64,000 bases of DNA. Origin: an uncultured Muribaculaceae bacterium. Lineage in GTDB: Bacteria; Bacillota_I; Bacilli_A; RF39; UBA660. The DNA lies in the NCBI GenBank assembly GCA_964533935.1, contig CAZHOG010000005.1:6402-70401 (forward strand), given 5' to 3'. The notes beneath the pieces were generated by a model. That model was given only the letters and a program-made list of their open reading frames with translations. It was not told the DNA's origin and searched no databases. Below are positions 48,272-58,630 of this stretch, in pieces (position 1 is the stretch's first letter; every line of letters starts with the position of its first letter). The translations under genes were made by a program, and so were the position numbers.

Positions 48272-48807
48272 TGGAAAACGAAAAATTATGGTATGTAGTT
48301 AACACTTATAGTGGACATGAAAGTAAAGTTAAGGAAAAATTAGAATCTAAAGTTGAATCTATGGATATGCAAGATAACATTTTTAGAGTAATAGTTCCAG
48401 AAACTACTGAAATTGAAATTAAAGATGGTGTTAAAAAAGAAAAAACTAAAAAAATGTTTCCAGGATATATTCTTGTTGAAATGATTATGAGTGATGAAGC
48501 ATGGTATATAGTTCGTAATACTCCAGGAGTAACTGGATTTATTGGTTCTTCAGGAAGAGGAGCTAAACCAACACCACTTCCACCACAAGAAATTGATCGT
48601 GTTTTATCAACTATGGGTATGAGCAGAATTGATATTGATTCAGAAATGAATGTTGGAGATACTGTAAATATTGTTGATGGACCATTCAAAGGAATGACTG
48701 GTAGAGTAGATTCTATTGATCAAGATAATAATAGATTAAATGTATTAATTGATTTATTTGGTCAAGAAACTCCAGTTGAAGTAGAATTATTCCAAGTTAA
48801 CAAATAA
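48271..48807 (+). CDS. nusG: Transcription termination/antitermination factor NusG
   Basis: The NGN domain WYVVNTYSGHESKVKEKLE...FPGYILVEM and the KOW domain VGDTVNIVDGPFKGMTGRV. Confidence 0.9.
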   Translation: MENEKLWYVVNTYSGHESKVKEKLESKVESMDMQDNIFRVIVPETTEIEIKDGVKKEKTKKMFPGYILVEMIMSDEAWYIVRNTPGVTGFIGSSGRGAKPTPLPPQEIDRVLSTMGMSRIDIDSEMNVGDTVNIVDGPFKGMTGRVDSIDQDNNRLNVLIDLFGQETPVEVELFQVNK

Positions 48808-48822
48808 TAAAAATAATGTAAA

Positions 48823-48848
48823 GCATATAATTTTATATGCTTTTTTTA
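48823..48848 (+). terminator. Rho-independent terminator after nusG
   Basis: GCATATAA-tt-TTATATGC followed by TTTTTTT. Confidence 0.55.
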
Positions 48849-48888
48849 TTATTCTTTGGTATACTATTTTTAGAATAGGGTGAATAAA

Positions 48889-49812
48889 ATGGAACAGGGA
48901 AAAATAAGTATGCTTGAAAAATATGGCGAAAATTTAACAGCAAAGACATATATTACAGATCCAGCCATCGCTCGTGAAGAGGAAATAAAACAATGTATAT
49001 TAACTTTATTAACACCTGAAAAAAGTGCTTTATTAGTAGGTAAGCCAGGAATTGGTAAAACTGCTATAGTAGAAGGTTTAGCATTTCGTATTCAAAGAAA
49101 AATGGTTCCAAACGCATTACTTGATTGGGAAATTATAAAATTAAATATTGCAAGTTTAAATGGAACAATTAATACAGAAGGCCAAACTGAAAATAGAGTC
49201 GATTTATTATTAAAAGAATTAGCTCAAAGATCTAAATTGATATTATTTATTGATGAAACTCATGTATTAATTACAAGAGGTGCTGAAAATGGGTTGGACT
49301 TAGCTAATATGTTAAAAGCAGGACTAGATAGAGGTACTATAAAAATGATTGGTGCAACTACTACTGAAGAATATGAACAATATATTTTAAGAGATAGAGC
49401 ATTCTTAAGACGTTTCCAAAAAATTGATGTTTTAGAAGCTGATCAACCTACAGTTGTAAAAATATTAATGGGAACACTTCCTAAATTAGAAAAACAAATT
49501 GGTGTAACAGTGAATTATACTGATTTCGTAAAAGAAAGATTTATGAAATTCATTGTTGAGATGACTGATGAATATAAAAGAATTTATGAAGTTGCTGCTA
49601 GATATCCAGATATTTCATTAACAATATTAGCTAATGCAATGACATATGCACTATTTGATAATGAAACTGAAGTAAAAACAAAGCATTTTTATAAAGCAGT
49701 TTGTAATGCTAGAAATATTTATGAAGATGCAAAGAAAAAAGAAATAGAAAGATTTAAAATTGAATTTTCTGATTTAATAAAAGAAGAAAATGTAAATTTA
49801 AATGAATATTAA
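48889..49812 (+). CDS. Stand-alone ClpA/ClpB-type D1 AAA+ ATPase module (no N-domain or D2)
   Basis: [13 protein letters not shown]...[15 protein letters not shown]...[21 protein letters not shown]...LIASL...FIDETHVL follows the canonical Clp D1 motif order. It has its own RBS GGGTGA and an extended -10 TGgTATACT at 48857-48865. Confidence 0.6.
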   Translation: MEQGKISMLEKYGENLTAKTYITDPAIAREEEIKQCILTLLTPEKSALLVGKPGIGKTAIVEGLAFRIQRKMVPNALLDWEIIKLNIASLNGTINTEGQTENRVDLLLKELAQRSKLILFIDETHVLITRGAENGLDLANMLKAGLDRGTIKMIGATTTEEYEQYILRDRAFLRRFQKIDVLEADQPTVVKILMGTLPKLEKQIGVTVNYTDFVKERFMKFIVEMTDEYKRIYEVAARYPDISLTILANAMTYALFDNETEVKTKHFYKAVCNARNIYEDAKKKEIERFKIEFSDLIKEENVNLNEY

Positions 49813-49825
49813 AGGAGGAGAAGAA

Positions 49826-50899
49826 ATGGAAAAATTAAGAATAGTACAAATTGGTTGTGGAAAAATGAGTAAATATACAATGCGATATGTATATGAAAAA
49901 AATGCAACTATAGCTGGTGCTTTTGATGTAAATGAAAATGTAATCGGTGAAGATATTGGTAAAATTATTGAGAGCGATGATAAAAATATTATCGTTGAAG
50001 ATATTAAAAATCTAGATGTTAGATTAAAAGAAATTAAACCTGATGCAGCAATCGTAACTACTATGAGTTTAATGTGTGATTTACATGATGTATTAAGAGT
50101 ATGTGCTCAAAATGGCGTTAATACTGTTACTACTTGTGAAGAAGCATTTTTCTCAAGTAATTCCAATCCAAGAATATTTAAAGAAATTGATGTTTTAGCA
50201 AAAGCAAATAATTGTACAATTACAGGATGTGGTTACCAAGATATTTTCTGGGGTAATTTGATATCAGTTATAGCTGGTTCAACACATTCAATTAAAAAAA
50301 TTAAGGGTTCATCTTCTTATAATGTTGAAGATTATGGTATCGCTTTAGCAAATGCTCATGGTGCTGGATTAACATTAGATGAATTTGAAAAAAATATAGC
50401 AGTTGTTGATAAGATTTCTGAAGAAGAGCGTCAAGCATTAATTAATGATGGTAAATTTTTACCAAGCTATATGTGGAATGTAGTAGGATGGCTTGCAGAT
50501 AAATTTAAATTAAATATTACTTCTCTAACTCAAGAGTGTATTCCAACTACAAATGAAACTGATCTACATTCAGATACTTTAGATATGGATATAGTTGCTG
50601 GTAATGCTACTGGAATGTGTGCTATTGTTAAAGCAACAACAGAAGAAGGAATAGAAATTGAAGCTGAATGTATTGGTAAAGTTTATAATAGTGAAGAATT
50701 TGATAAAAATGAATGGACTATTGAAGGCGAACCAAACACAACAGTTACAGTAAATCGTCCTGCAACAGTTGAATTAACATGTGCTGATATTGTTAATAGA
50801 ATACCTGATGTCATTAATTCAAAACCTGGATTTGTACCAACAAGTGAATTTGATGATCCAAAATATAGATTGAATTCTCTAGATACATATATTAAATAA
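49826..50899 (+). CDS. NAD(P)-binding oxidoreductase, DapB-N-like (amine dehydrogenase / diaminopentanoate dehydrogenase-like family)
   Basis: N-terminal Rossmann motif LRIVQIGCGKMSKY. Length and C-terminal domain are consistent with that family. RBS AAAGGAGGAG. Confidence 0.4.
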   Translation: MEKLRIVQIGCGKMSKYTMRYVYEKNATIAGAFDVNENVIGEDIGKIIESDDKNIIVEDIKNLDVRLKEIKPDAAIVTTMSLMCDLHDVLRVCAQNGVNTVTTCEEAFFSSNSNPRIFKEIDVLAKANNCTITGCGYQDIFWGNLISVIAGSTHSIKKIKGSSSYNVEDYGIALANAHGAGLTLDEFEKNIAVVDKISEEERQALINDGKFLPSYMWNVVGWLADKFKLNITSLTQECIPTTNETDLHSDTLDMDIVAGNATGMCAIVKATTEEGIEIEAECIGKVYNSEEFDKNEWTIEGEPNTTVTVNRPATVELTCADIVNRIPDVINSKPGFVPTSEFDDPKYRLNSLDTYIK

Positions 50900-50901
50900 A
50901 A

Positions 50902-50929
50902 AGTAGCTTTATAGCTACTTTTGCCTTTT
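50902..50929 (+). terminator. Rho-independent terminator
   Basis: AGTAGCT-ttat-AGCTACT followed by TTTGCCTTTT. Confidence 0.5.
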
Positions 50930-50984
50930 GTATTTACTTTTAAATAAATTGTGGTAAAATACTTTTATGCGTGAGAGTGATGAT

Positions 50985-51329
50985 ATGATTGACGAATTTC
51001 AAGAACAACGAGAAATATTAAAAATTTTTTTAGAAAATCATTCAAAATTTTTTTCTAAGAATAAAATTCTTAGTAAATATGATTTAGAAGAATTAAAAGA
51101 TAATTTTTGCTCATTAATATATGAAATGGAAGAAGAAGAAGATAATATTTTTTATATACAAGTAATAAATTATATTGATGATGAATATCAATATATCTAT
51201 GAACCAAATAATAATGAATTATCTACTTATAACCATTTAGGAGAAATGTTATATTCAATGACAATAAGTAAAGAAGTATTATTACCTGAAACAGAACTAA
51301 CATTAATTAAGACATTACAAAAAGCCTAG
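50985..51329 (+). CDS. Hypothetical small acidic protein (about 114 aa)
   Basis: Clean ORF. ATG at 50985 follows GAGAGTGA. Confidence 0.4.
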   Translation: MIDEFQEQREILKIFLENHSKFFSKNKILSKYDLEELKDNFCSLIYEMEEEEDNIFYIQVINYIDDEYQYIYEPNNNELSTYNHLGEMLYSMTISKEVLLPETELTLIKTLQKA

Positions 51330-51344
51330 TAAACTAGACTTTTT

Positions 51345-53327
51345 TTATTCTGTTGTTGAATCATTACTATCGCTTGTTGTATCACTAACTATAGGAATTT
51401 CAGAAATAATATTTTCTTCGGTTTTAGGCGTTTCAGTTGTAGTAGTAGTATTTGTATTACTTTCATTATTATCAGTTGTATTAGACTCTACTACATTAGG
51501 AGCTGTTTCTTGAACATTACCACCTAATTGAATATTAATAGTGGAAATAGCTTTTGCTAAAACTCCTGAATGAATACTTTGTGCAGTTACCAAACCACCA
51601 ACTCCTGAAGTAGTAATGGTAACACCATTTGCTGCTCCCCAACTTCTTACATAAGCTTCTGTACTTCCAGTAAAGTCTGGAACTAATTGAAGCTTAGCAC
51701 CTGAAGTAATTCCTTTTCCAGTAACACCTGCTTCATAGTTTTCACCATAAGTATAATTAAATGTTTTTACAATTTCTTTTTGTTCAATACCTAAATTAAC
51801 TTTCATTAACTTTTTAATAGCTTCTAAACTATCTGGATAATAACTTAATGCTGAAGTATAAGAATTACTTCCTTGCATAAATACAGGTAGTGTATAGCTT
51901 TCTAAATATGTTTTATGAATTGTAACGAAATCGTCTCCGTTTAAAGAGTTACCTAACATATCTTTTAAAACATTATAGAATGATAAAATTTGTTTAGTAC
52001 TCATATTAGTTGAAATATTTTTTGATATTGCATCAAGTGCACTTTCAAATTTATCAAAAGATTTAAGTTGTATAACTTTTTTAGATACAGCTTCTACAAT
52101 TTGTTGTTGGTGTCTATTTCTTGCAATATCACTCTCTAAAAAGCCATGTCTATTTCTTGCATATGCAAGTGCTTGTTCACCGTTTAAATGTTGCCATCCA
52201 GTATCCATACATACAAGATTGGTTGTATCCCTTAACGAATTACTTTCACATAATTTGCCTTCACCATGAACTTTAACATAATAATCATAATTTGGTTGCT
52301 CAACATCTACATCAACACCACCTAAAGTTTCAACTAAATCTATGAAACCTCGGAAATTAATTTTTGCATAATAATCAATATTAACATCAGTCAACTGTTT
52401 AATTGTATCTATAACGCAACTTGTTCCATATGCAGCAGATGAATTTATTTTATTATATGCATTATGATTGCATGCAATTGGGACATAAGTATCTCTTGGA
52501 AAGCTCATCATTGTTGCTGTTAATGTTTTAGGATTAAATGTAACAAGTATTAAAGTATCACCGTTAAATGCAGCATTAGCATTTAAACCGTCTCCTTCAG
52601 AATCAACTCCCATAACCAATACAGTAAAGGGTTCAGTTAAACTCTTTGTAGCAACTAATTCATTATCTTTATTTTCCATTTTTTTACTATATTCATAAAC
52701 AACTTTTGTTTCGCTATCTATATTTTTATAAGCATCTTCATTAGCAAATAAAATAACATAATTATTAGAAACAAATATTCCATCTATTTCCTTATTATAT
52801 AATGCAGCTAGCATTGAATAATAATCTTCATAATAATTTATTTCATTTTTTAATTTTTTATTCTTTATTAATTCTTTAGCAAGAACATGTCCTTCAATAG
52901 CTTCTTCATTTTCAATCATTCCTAGTTTACTATCTGAAGTTATTTCAGTATCACTAAGAGCAATTAAATTAGTTGTATATAAAGTATACTTAGAAGTAGA
53001 TAATTTATCTATTTTTCCATAAAACTTATTAATAGTATAACTTCCAAATCCAAAAACACCTGCTAATAAAATGGTAATTATCGCTGTTATAACAAGAGTT
53101 TTATTTCTTTTAGTAATTAAGTTAACTAGATTCCATATGAAATATACTAATAACCAAACTATAAAAATTATCATTAGAACAATTCTTAAAACTGTTTCTA
53201 TTCCCTCTAGATTTAATAATCCTTTTATAAAGAAAATTAATGTTATTAAATATCCTAAAAAAGCAATAATATATAAACTTAATAATACTTTATTACTTTT
53301 TTTAATCTTATTAAAAAGTACTTTCAT
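51345..53327 (-). CDS. LCP (LytR-CpsA-Psr) family cell-wall glycopolymer transferase
   Basis: ATG at 53327 follows GGGAGTG. TM helices, then the LCP core FTVLVMGVDSEGD...GDTLILVTFNPKTLTATMMSFPRDTYV and a C-terminal extension. Confidence 0.75.
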   Translation of the reverse strand: MKVLFNKIKKSNKVLLSLYIIAFLGYLITLIFFIKGLLNLEGIETVLRIVLMIIFIVWLLVYFIWNLVNLITKRNKTLVITAIITILLAGVFGFGSYTINKFYGKIDKLSTSKYTLYTTNLIALSDTEITSDSKLGMIENEEAIEGHVLAKELIKNKKLKNEINYYEDYYSMLAALYNKEIDGIFVSNNYVILFANEDAYKNIDSETKVVYEYSKKMENKDNELVATKSLTEPFTVLVMGVDSEGDGLNANAAFNGDTLILVTFNPKTLTATMMSFPRDTYVPIACNHNAYNKINSSAAYGTSCVIDTIKQLTDVNIDYYAKINFRGFIDLVETLGGVDVDVEQPNYDYYVKVHGEGKLCESNSLRDTTNLVCMDTGWQHLNGEQALAYARNRHGFLESDIARNRHQQQIVEAVSKKVIQLKSFDKFESALDAISKNISTNMSTKQILSFYNVLKDMLGNSLNGDDFVTIHKTYLESYTLPVFMQGSNSYTSALSYYPDSLEAIKKLMKVNLGIEQKEIVKTFNYTYGENYEAGVTGKGITSGAKLQLVPDFTGSTEAYVRSWGAANGVTITTSGVGGLVTAQSIHSGVLAKAISTINIQLGGNVQETAPNVVESNTTDNNESNTNTTTTTETPKTEENIISEIPIVSDTTSDSNDSTTE

Positions 53328-53494
53328 ATAGTCACTCCCAATTATTATCATTAGTACCAAGTATATCATATTTTCTTTTAAATTAATACTTGTTATTTTA
53401 TTAACAATTTATTGACATTTTTTTCATTTTGAATCAAAATAAATGACAAAATATGATATAATTTTACTAGATAATATGGGAAGGAATGATAAAT

Positions 53495-55276
53495 ATGAAA
53501 TTTACTAAAAAAATAATATATTTTATATTTCTTTTTATTACATTATTCCCATTAACTGTAGATGCAGCAAGTTATTACGGAGTTTCAACTGGTTCTGGTG
53601 TTTCTATTAGAAATGCTGCTGGTAAAAGTGGAACAGTGTTAGATTACGCATCTTTAGGAGAATTATATGATATGCCAAATAATATATTATATCCTGATGA
53701 TAGTAAACAAGGATGCCCAAATGGCTGGTATCAAATTTATTATAAAGATTCTAAAGTAGGATATATATGTTCTAATTATTTGAAAATATATGAAAAAGCA
53801 GAGAGTGTTACTGATTCAACAACACCAACAACTGATTGTGAGAGACAAATGCAACAAGCTGGTTTTCCATCAAGTTATTGGAATGGATTATGTTCTTTAA
53901 AAGCAAGTCACTCAAATTGGAATTTTCAAGCAATGGTAAAAGATGCAAATGGAAATACAATAGATTGGAATCAATCAGTATATTCTGAAAGCAGTTGTGG
54001 TGCTAATTATATAAGTACTTCAAATGATTCTTATAAATCTACTACATGTACAAAAAGTGGTGATGCTGGATATTCACCTGTATCAGAAGAAGCAGTTAGA
54101 TATTATATGAATCCAACCAACTTCTTAAATGAAGTTAATATATTTATGTTTGAATCACAAACTACTAATCCAAATATTTCTCAAGATGTATATAAAACTG
54201 CATCAACAAAGATATTTGGCAATAATTTCTTGATTTCACAAATTCCTTTAATTCCTGAATATATTAAAAATTCATCAAATGAAACTGGTGTAAGCCAAAT
54301 TGCATTGGCAACAAGAATAAAACAAGAATTAGGAAATGCTAAGTTAACTTCAGGAACTTATAGTGGCCAATTATATTCTGTAGTTAGTGGTGACTATACT
54401 TCTAGATACAATTGGACATACAATAATCAATCAGTAGATAATTATTACAACTTCTTTAATGTTGCAGCATATGACGGAAGTAATGTTACTCAACAAGCTT
54501 TGATTTATGCATTAAATCATGGTTGGGGTGGAACAGGTGATCAAAATAATGATAGACAAATAGCAATGACTGGTGGGGCTAACTTCTTGAAAAATAAATA
54601 TATTGGTGCTGGACAAAATACAATATATTTTCAAAAATTTAATATATTTCCTACAAACACATCTTCAAGATATTTAAATCAATATATGACTAATATTCAA
54701 GCACCAGTAAGTGAATCAAGTATAGTTTATAATGCTTATAAAGCAGCAAATGTTTTAGATTCAAGCTTTACTTTCTATATTCCAGTATTCTCTGGAATGA
54801 ATGTTAATTCTTCAAGTAGTAATGATTCAAGTAATCAAGAAACAAATAGTAAGCCTTCAGTAAGTACAATAGTAACGTCTTCCGGTTTCAGATATGCTGA
54901 TGGTTATATTTCAAATATTAATCCAGGAACTAACATAAATGATGTTAAGAGTGCTTTAGAAAGTAAAGGAGCATCTGTTACTATTACTAATGCAGATGGA
55001 AATGAAGTATCGGGGAATATCGGTACTGGGTACAGAATAAATATTAATGGAAGCAATAGTGAAACATTAATAGCAGTTATTTATGGAGACGTATCAGGTG
55101 ATGGTAATATTAATGCACTTGATTTATTAAAAGTTCAAAAAAATATATTAGGAACAGCAACATTAAATGGTTCTTCTAAAGTTGCAGCAGATCCTAGTAA
55201 AGATGGTAATATAAATGCTTTAGATTTATTAAAAATTCAAAAACAAATTTTAAATACTGGAAACATTGAACAATAG
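53495..55276 (+). CDS. Secreted SH3b + glucosaminidase-like peptidoglycan hydrolase with a C-terminal type I dockerin
   Basis: Signal peptide. An SH3b-like segment YYGVSTGSGVSIRNAAGKSGTV...GWYQIYY. A central glucosaminidase (PF01832)-like region. A C-terminal duplicated Ca-binding dockerin repeat GDVSGDGNINALDLLKVQKNILG ... DPSKDGNINALDLLKIQKQIL. Confidence 0.65.
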   Translation: MKFTKKIIYFIFLFITLFPLTVDAASYYGVSTGSGVSIRNAAGKSGTVLDYASLGELYDMPNNILYPDDSKQGCPNGWYQIYYKDSKVGYICSNYLKIYEKAESVTDSTTPTTDCERQMQQAGFPSSYWNGLCSLKASHSNWNFQAMVKDANGNTIDWNQSVYSESSCGANYISTSNDSYKSTTCTKSGDAGYSPVSEEAVRYYMNPTNFLNEVNIFMFESQTTNPNISQDVYKTASTKIFGNNFLISQIPLIPEYIKNSSNETGVSQIALATRIKQELGNAKLTSGTYSGQLYSVVSGDYTSRYNWTYNNQSVDNYYNFFNVAAYDGSNVTQQALIYALNHGWGGTGDQNNDRQIAMTGGANFLKNKYIGAGQNTIYFQKFNIFPTNTSSRYLNQYMTNIQAPVSESSIVYNAYKAANVLDSSFTFYIPVFSGMNVNSSSSNDSSNQETNSKPSVSTIVTSSGFRYADGYISNINPGTNINDVKSALESKGASVTITNADGNEVSGNIGTGYRININGSNSETLIAVIYGDVSGDGNINALDLLKVQKNILGTATLNGSSKVAADPSKDGNINALDLLKIQKQILNTGNIEQ

Positions 55277-55286
55277 GAGGATAAAA

Positions 55287-56669
55287 ATGAGAAAACTAAA
55301 AAATATAATTATTACGTTGGCAATAGCATTTGTTATATTTCCATTAACTGCAAATGCTGCAAGTGCTAATATAGGAATAAAAACTAGTGGTAAAGCTGTA
55401 GTTGGTGGACAAATAACTGCAACAGTAACAGTTTCTTCAGGAAGCCCAATGGGATCTTGGCAATTTTTAGTAAGTTATGACTCTAGTAAATTAAAACTAA
55501 CTAGTGGAACAACATCAGTTGCTGACTATACTACAAGTGCTTCTGGCGTAAAGAGTAAAAGTTATACTTTAAAATTTACTGCTTTATCTAGTGGAAATGC
55601 ATCAATAAATGTTGGCAGTTACTTAGTTTATGCAATAGATGAATCACAAATGTCAGTAAGCCCATCCAATGCCAGCGTGAAAATAATTACTCAAGCAGAA
55701 TTAGAAGCTTCATATAGTAAAGATAATAATTTAAAAGGATTATCTATTGAAGGCTATGAATTAACACCTGCATTTGATAAAGATACATTAGAATATTCAG
55801 TTACTGTTCCATCAACAATTAATAGTGTTAATATTAATGCTGTTAAAAATGATTCAAGTGCATCTGTTGAAGGTGCTGGCGAACATTCTGTAATTGAAGG
55901 AAGTAATCCCTTTGAAATAGTTGTTACAGCACAAAATGGAAGTTCAAAAACTTATAAATTAAATGTCATTGTTGAAGATATTAAACCAATAGAAGTTAAT
56001 ATTGGAAATGATAAATATACAGTTGTTAAAAGAGCTGATAATCTTGAAAAACCTACTGGTTTTGAAGAAACAACAGTTACTATTAATGAATTAGAAATAC
56101 CTGCTTTTAAAAGTGAAATATTAGGTTTAACTTTAGTAGGAATTAAAGACGAATCTGGAAATATTAGTTTAGCCATTTATGATAATGGAAAATACTCATT
56201 ATATAACGAATTGACATCTAATAATAATACAATTTATTTATTGGATTTAAAAAAACTTGATGGATTTATAAAAACTACTATTAAAATAAATAATATAGAT
56301 GTAGAAGTTTATAAATTTGACAAGAATTCTAAATATTCATTAGTATATGGAAAAAATGTAGAGTCTGGTGAAGAATCATGGTATATGTATGATGCAAAAG
56401 AAAATACATTCCAAAGATATAATACAGAACAAATAGATTCATTAAATAAAACTATTGAAAATTATTTATATGTAATATATGCATTAGCTGGATGCTTTGG
56501 ATTAATTGCTTTATGCTTTATAATTAATTGTATTGGTAAAAAGAAAGCAAAAAATAAAAGAAAAAAACAAATGAAATTAGAAGAATCTAATAATGAAAAT
56601 AAAGAAATAATTGAAAATTTATTAGAGGAAAAGAAAAATAAAAAGAATAAAAAAGATGTTTCTAAATAG
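55287..56669 (+). CDS. Membrane-anchored cohesin domain protein (cohesin + cadherin-like beta-sandwich + C-terminal TM)
   Basis: Signal peptide. The cohesin-like module IGIKTSGKAVVGGQITATVTVSSGSPMGSWQFLVSYDSSKLKLTSG...ASINVG. A cadherin-like domain LKGLSIEGYELTPAFDKDTLEYSVTV. A TM helix plus a KKKAKNKRKK tail. GGAGG RBS. Confidence 0.6.
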   Translation: MRKLKNIIITLAIAFVIFPLTANAASANIGIKTSGKAVVGGQITATVTVSSGSPMGSWQFLVSYDSSKLKLTSGTTSVADYTTSASGVKSKSYTLKFTALSSGNASINVGSYLVYAIDESQMSVSPSNASVKIITQAELEASYSKDNNLKGLSIEGYELTPAFDKDTLEYSVTVPSTINSVNINAVKNDSSASVEGAGEHSVIEGSNPFEIVVTAQNGSSKTYKLNVIVEDIKPIEVNIGNDKYTVVKRADNLEKPTGFEETTVTINELEIPAFKSEILGLTLVGIKDESGNISLAIYDNGKYSLYNELTSNNNTIYLLDLKKLDGFIKTTIKINNIDVEVYKFDKNSKYSLVYGKNVESGEESWYMYDAKENTFQRYNTEQIDSLNKTIENYLYVIYALAGCFGLIALCFIINCIGKKKAKNKRKKQMKLEESNNENKEIIENLLEEKKNKKNKKDVSK

Positions 56670-56681
56670 AAACATTTTTTT
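56658..56681 (+). terminator. Rho-independent terminator overlapping the cohesin gene stop
   Basis: GTTTCTA-aa-TAGAAAC followed by ATTTTTTT. Confidence 0.55.
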
Positions 56682-56740
56682 GTTTGTTTTAATATAAGTA
56701 TCGTGTTAAAATTATATAGTAAAGTAAATGAGGAATTTAT

Positions 56741-57274
56741 ATGAAATTATATACGAAAAAACAATTGAAAAGATTAAGAATTGCTTTAATATTTGAAAGC
56801 CACAAAAGAACTAATTACATTATTAAACATAATGTTTTTAATTCTGTTGGAGATAATTTTTTCTTTCAACCAAGATTTATTCCATCTGATCCTGAACTAA
56901 TTAGATTTCATAACAATGATTGTATTGCAAGCAATGTAACATTTATTAATCATGATATTATTCATAACATGTTAAATAACATGAATATTGGCGAATTCAA
57001 TTATAATTTAGGATGTATAGAAATTATGGATAATGTTTTTATTGGTAGTAATTCTACAATCTTACCAAATATCAAAATAGGCCCTAATGCTATAGTAGCC
57101 GCTGGAGCAGTAGTAACAAAAGATGTACCTGCAAATAGTGTTGTTGCAGGAGTTCCAGCTAAAGTGATTTGTTCTTTTGATGAATACCTTGAAAAAAGAA
57201 AAAATTATATAGGTAGTGATACTAATGGATTATGGGAAAGATTTGATAAGGAAAAGAATAATCATGAAGAATAA
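56741..57274 (+). CDS. Hexapeptide-repeat (LbH) sugar O-acetyltransferase
   Basis: [43 protein letters not shown] left-handed beta-helix repeats. RBS AATGAGGAA. Confidence 0.7.
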   Translation: MKLYTKKQLKRLRIALIFESHKRTNYIIKHNVFNSVGDNFFFQPRFIPSDPELIRFHNNDCIASNVTFINHDIIHNMLNNMNIGEFNYNLGCIEIMDNVFIGSNSTILPNIKIGPNAIVAAGAVVTKDVPANSVVAGVPAKVICSFDEYLEKRKNYIGSDTNGLWERFDKEKNNHEE

Positions 57275-58571
57275 GATTAATTCATTTTTAGATAAATATA
57301 TATATAAAATACTAGTAATTTATATATTTATACAACCGCTGTTAGATGTTGTAACAGCAGTAAGCTTAAAATATATGAATTTGAATGTAACTATTGGGGC
57401 ATTAATTAGATTGTTATTTATGGCTTTTTGTACCATATATTTACTATTTTTTAATAATACAGAATACAAAAAGAAAAGCTTAATATGTTCTATAATAATA
57501 TATTTATATATTATAATATTTGGAATAATAACATATTTCAATAAAGATATATCTGTATTATCGTATGAAATAAAAAATACTTTAAATACTTTTTATTTTC
57601 CAATTGTATTCTTAGGATTATTTAATATGTTTAAACAATATAAAATAAAATTTAATATTAAATATTTAATTTATGTTTTTACTATTTATTTATTATTTAT
57701 TATAATACCTGATATTACAAATACATCCTTTGCAAGTTATAGTCATTCTAAACTAGGAAATATAGGTTGGTTTTTATCAGCCAATGCAATTGGAAGTATC
57801 CTATGTTTTTTACTTCCAATAGTAATATTATATTTTATTAAAATACCTAAAAAATATTTTTATAAAGTTGTTCTACTTTTATCTGTATTATATATTTTTG
57901 CTAATATGGGAACAAAAACCCCAATATTAAGTATTATGATTATCGCATTAATAAATATTATATATATAATTATTCAATTTATTAAAAAGAAAGATTATAA
58001 GAAAATTGGTATTTGTTTTGTTATTGTAATAGTATCATTAATTTTATCAATAATTATAATACCTAAAACATCTTTTTATAAAAATTTAGAAATTCATAAA
58101 GAATATTTAGGAATGAATAACTATACAGAAATATTTACTGATTATGATATGGCTAATAACTTTATATTTAGTGAAAGATTAACATTTTTAACAAATACAA
58201 ATAATAGTTATAAAAAATCTGATTTGACTGAGAAAATATTTGGAATAGGATATATAGAACAATACAATACAGATAGTGAAAGTACTAAAACAATTGAAAT
58301 GGATTATTTTGATATATTTTATCGCCATGGTATTGTAGGATTTATTATTTATTTTGTAGTATTTATTTATGCATTAATCATGACTATGAAAAAAGTCTTT
58401 AAAAATAATAATATAGTTAAATTGGAATATCTTTCAATAATATTTTTAATACTAATATTATCATTATTCTCTGGGCATATTTTAATTACTCCATCAGTAA
58501 GTATATATGTTGCATTAATATTTACTATAATACTTTATGAACAATATATATTGGGTTTAGAAGAAAAATAA
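57264..58571 (+). CDS. O-antigen ligase / Wzy-like polymerase family membrane protein
   Basis: About 12 TM helices with a large periplasmic loop, as in the Wzy_C family. It overlaps the upstream gene end. Confidence 0.5.
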   Translation: MKNKINSFLDKYIYKILVIYIFIQPLLDVVTAVSLKYMNLNVTIGALIRLLFMAFCTIYLLFFNNTEYKKKSLICSIIIYLYIIIFGIITYFNKDISVLSYEIKNTLNTFYFPIVFLGLFNMFKQYKIKFNIKYLIYVFTIYLLFIIIPDITNTSFASYSHSKLGNIGWFLSANAIGSILCFLLPIVILYFIKIPKKYFYKVVLLLSVLYIFANMGTKTPILSIMIIALINIIYIIIQFIKKKDYKKIGICFVIVIVSLILSIIIIPKTSFYKNLEIHKEYLGMNNYTEIFTDYDMANNFIFSERLTFLTNTNNSYKKSDLTEKIFGIGYIEQYNTDSESTKTIEMDYFDIFYRHGIVGFIIYFVVFIYALIMTMKKVFKNNNIVKLEYLSIIFLILILSLFSGHILITPSVSIYVALIFTIILYEQYILGLEEK

Positions 58572-58630
58572 TTTTTCTTCTTTTTTTATGCATAATAGTT
58601 TATAATAAGAATATAAAGTTGGTGATTACT

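Noticed and set aside
48306-48689. 127-aa minus-strand ORF
   Set aside because: Antisense inside nusG.
53071-53331. 86-aa + strand ORF
   Set aside because: Antisense inside the LCP gene N-terminal TM region.
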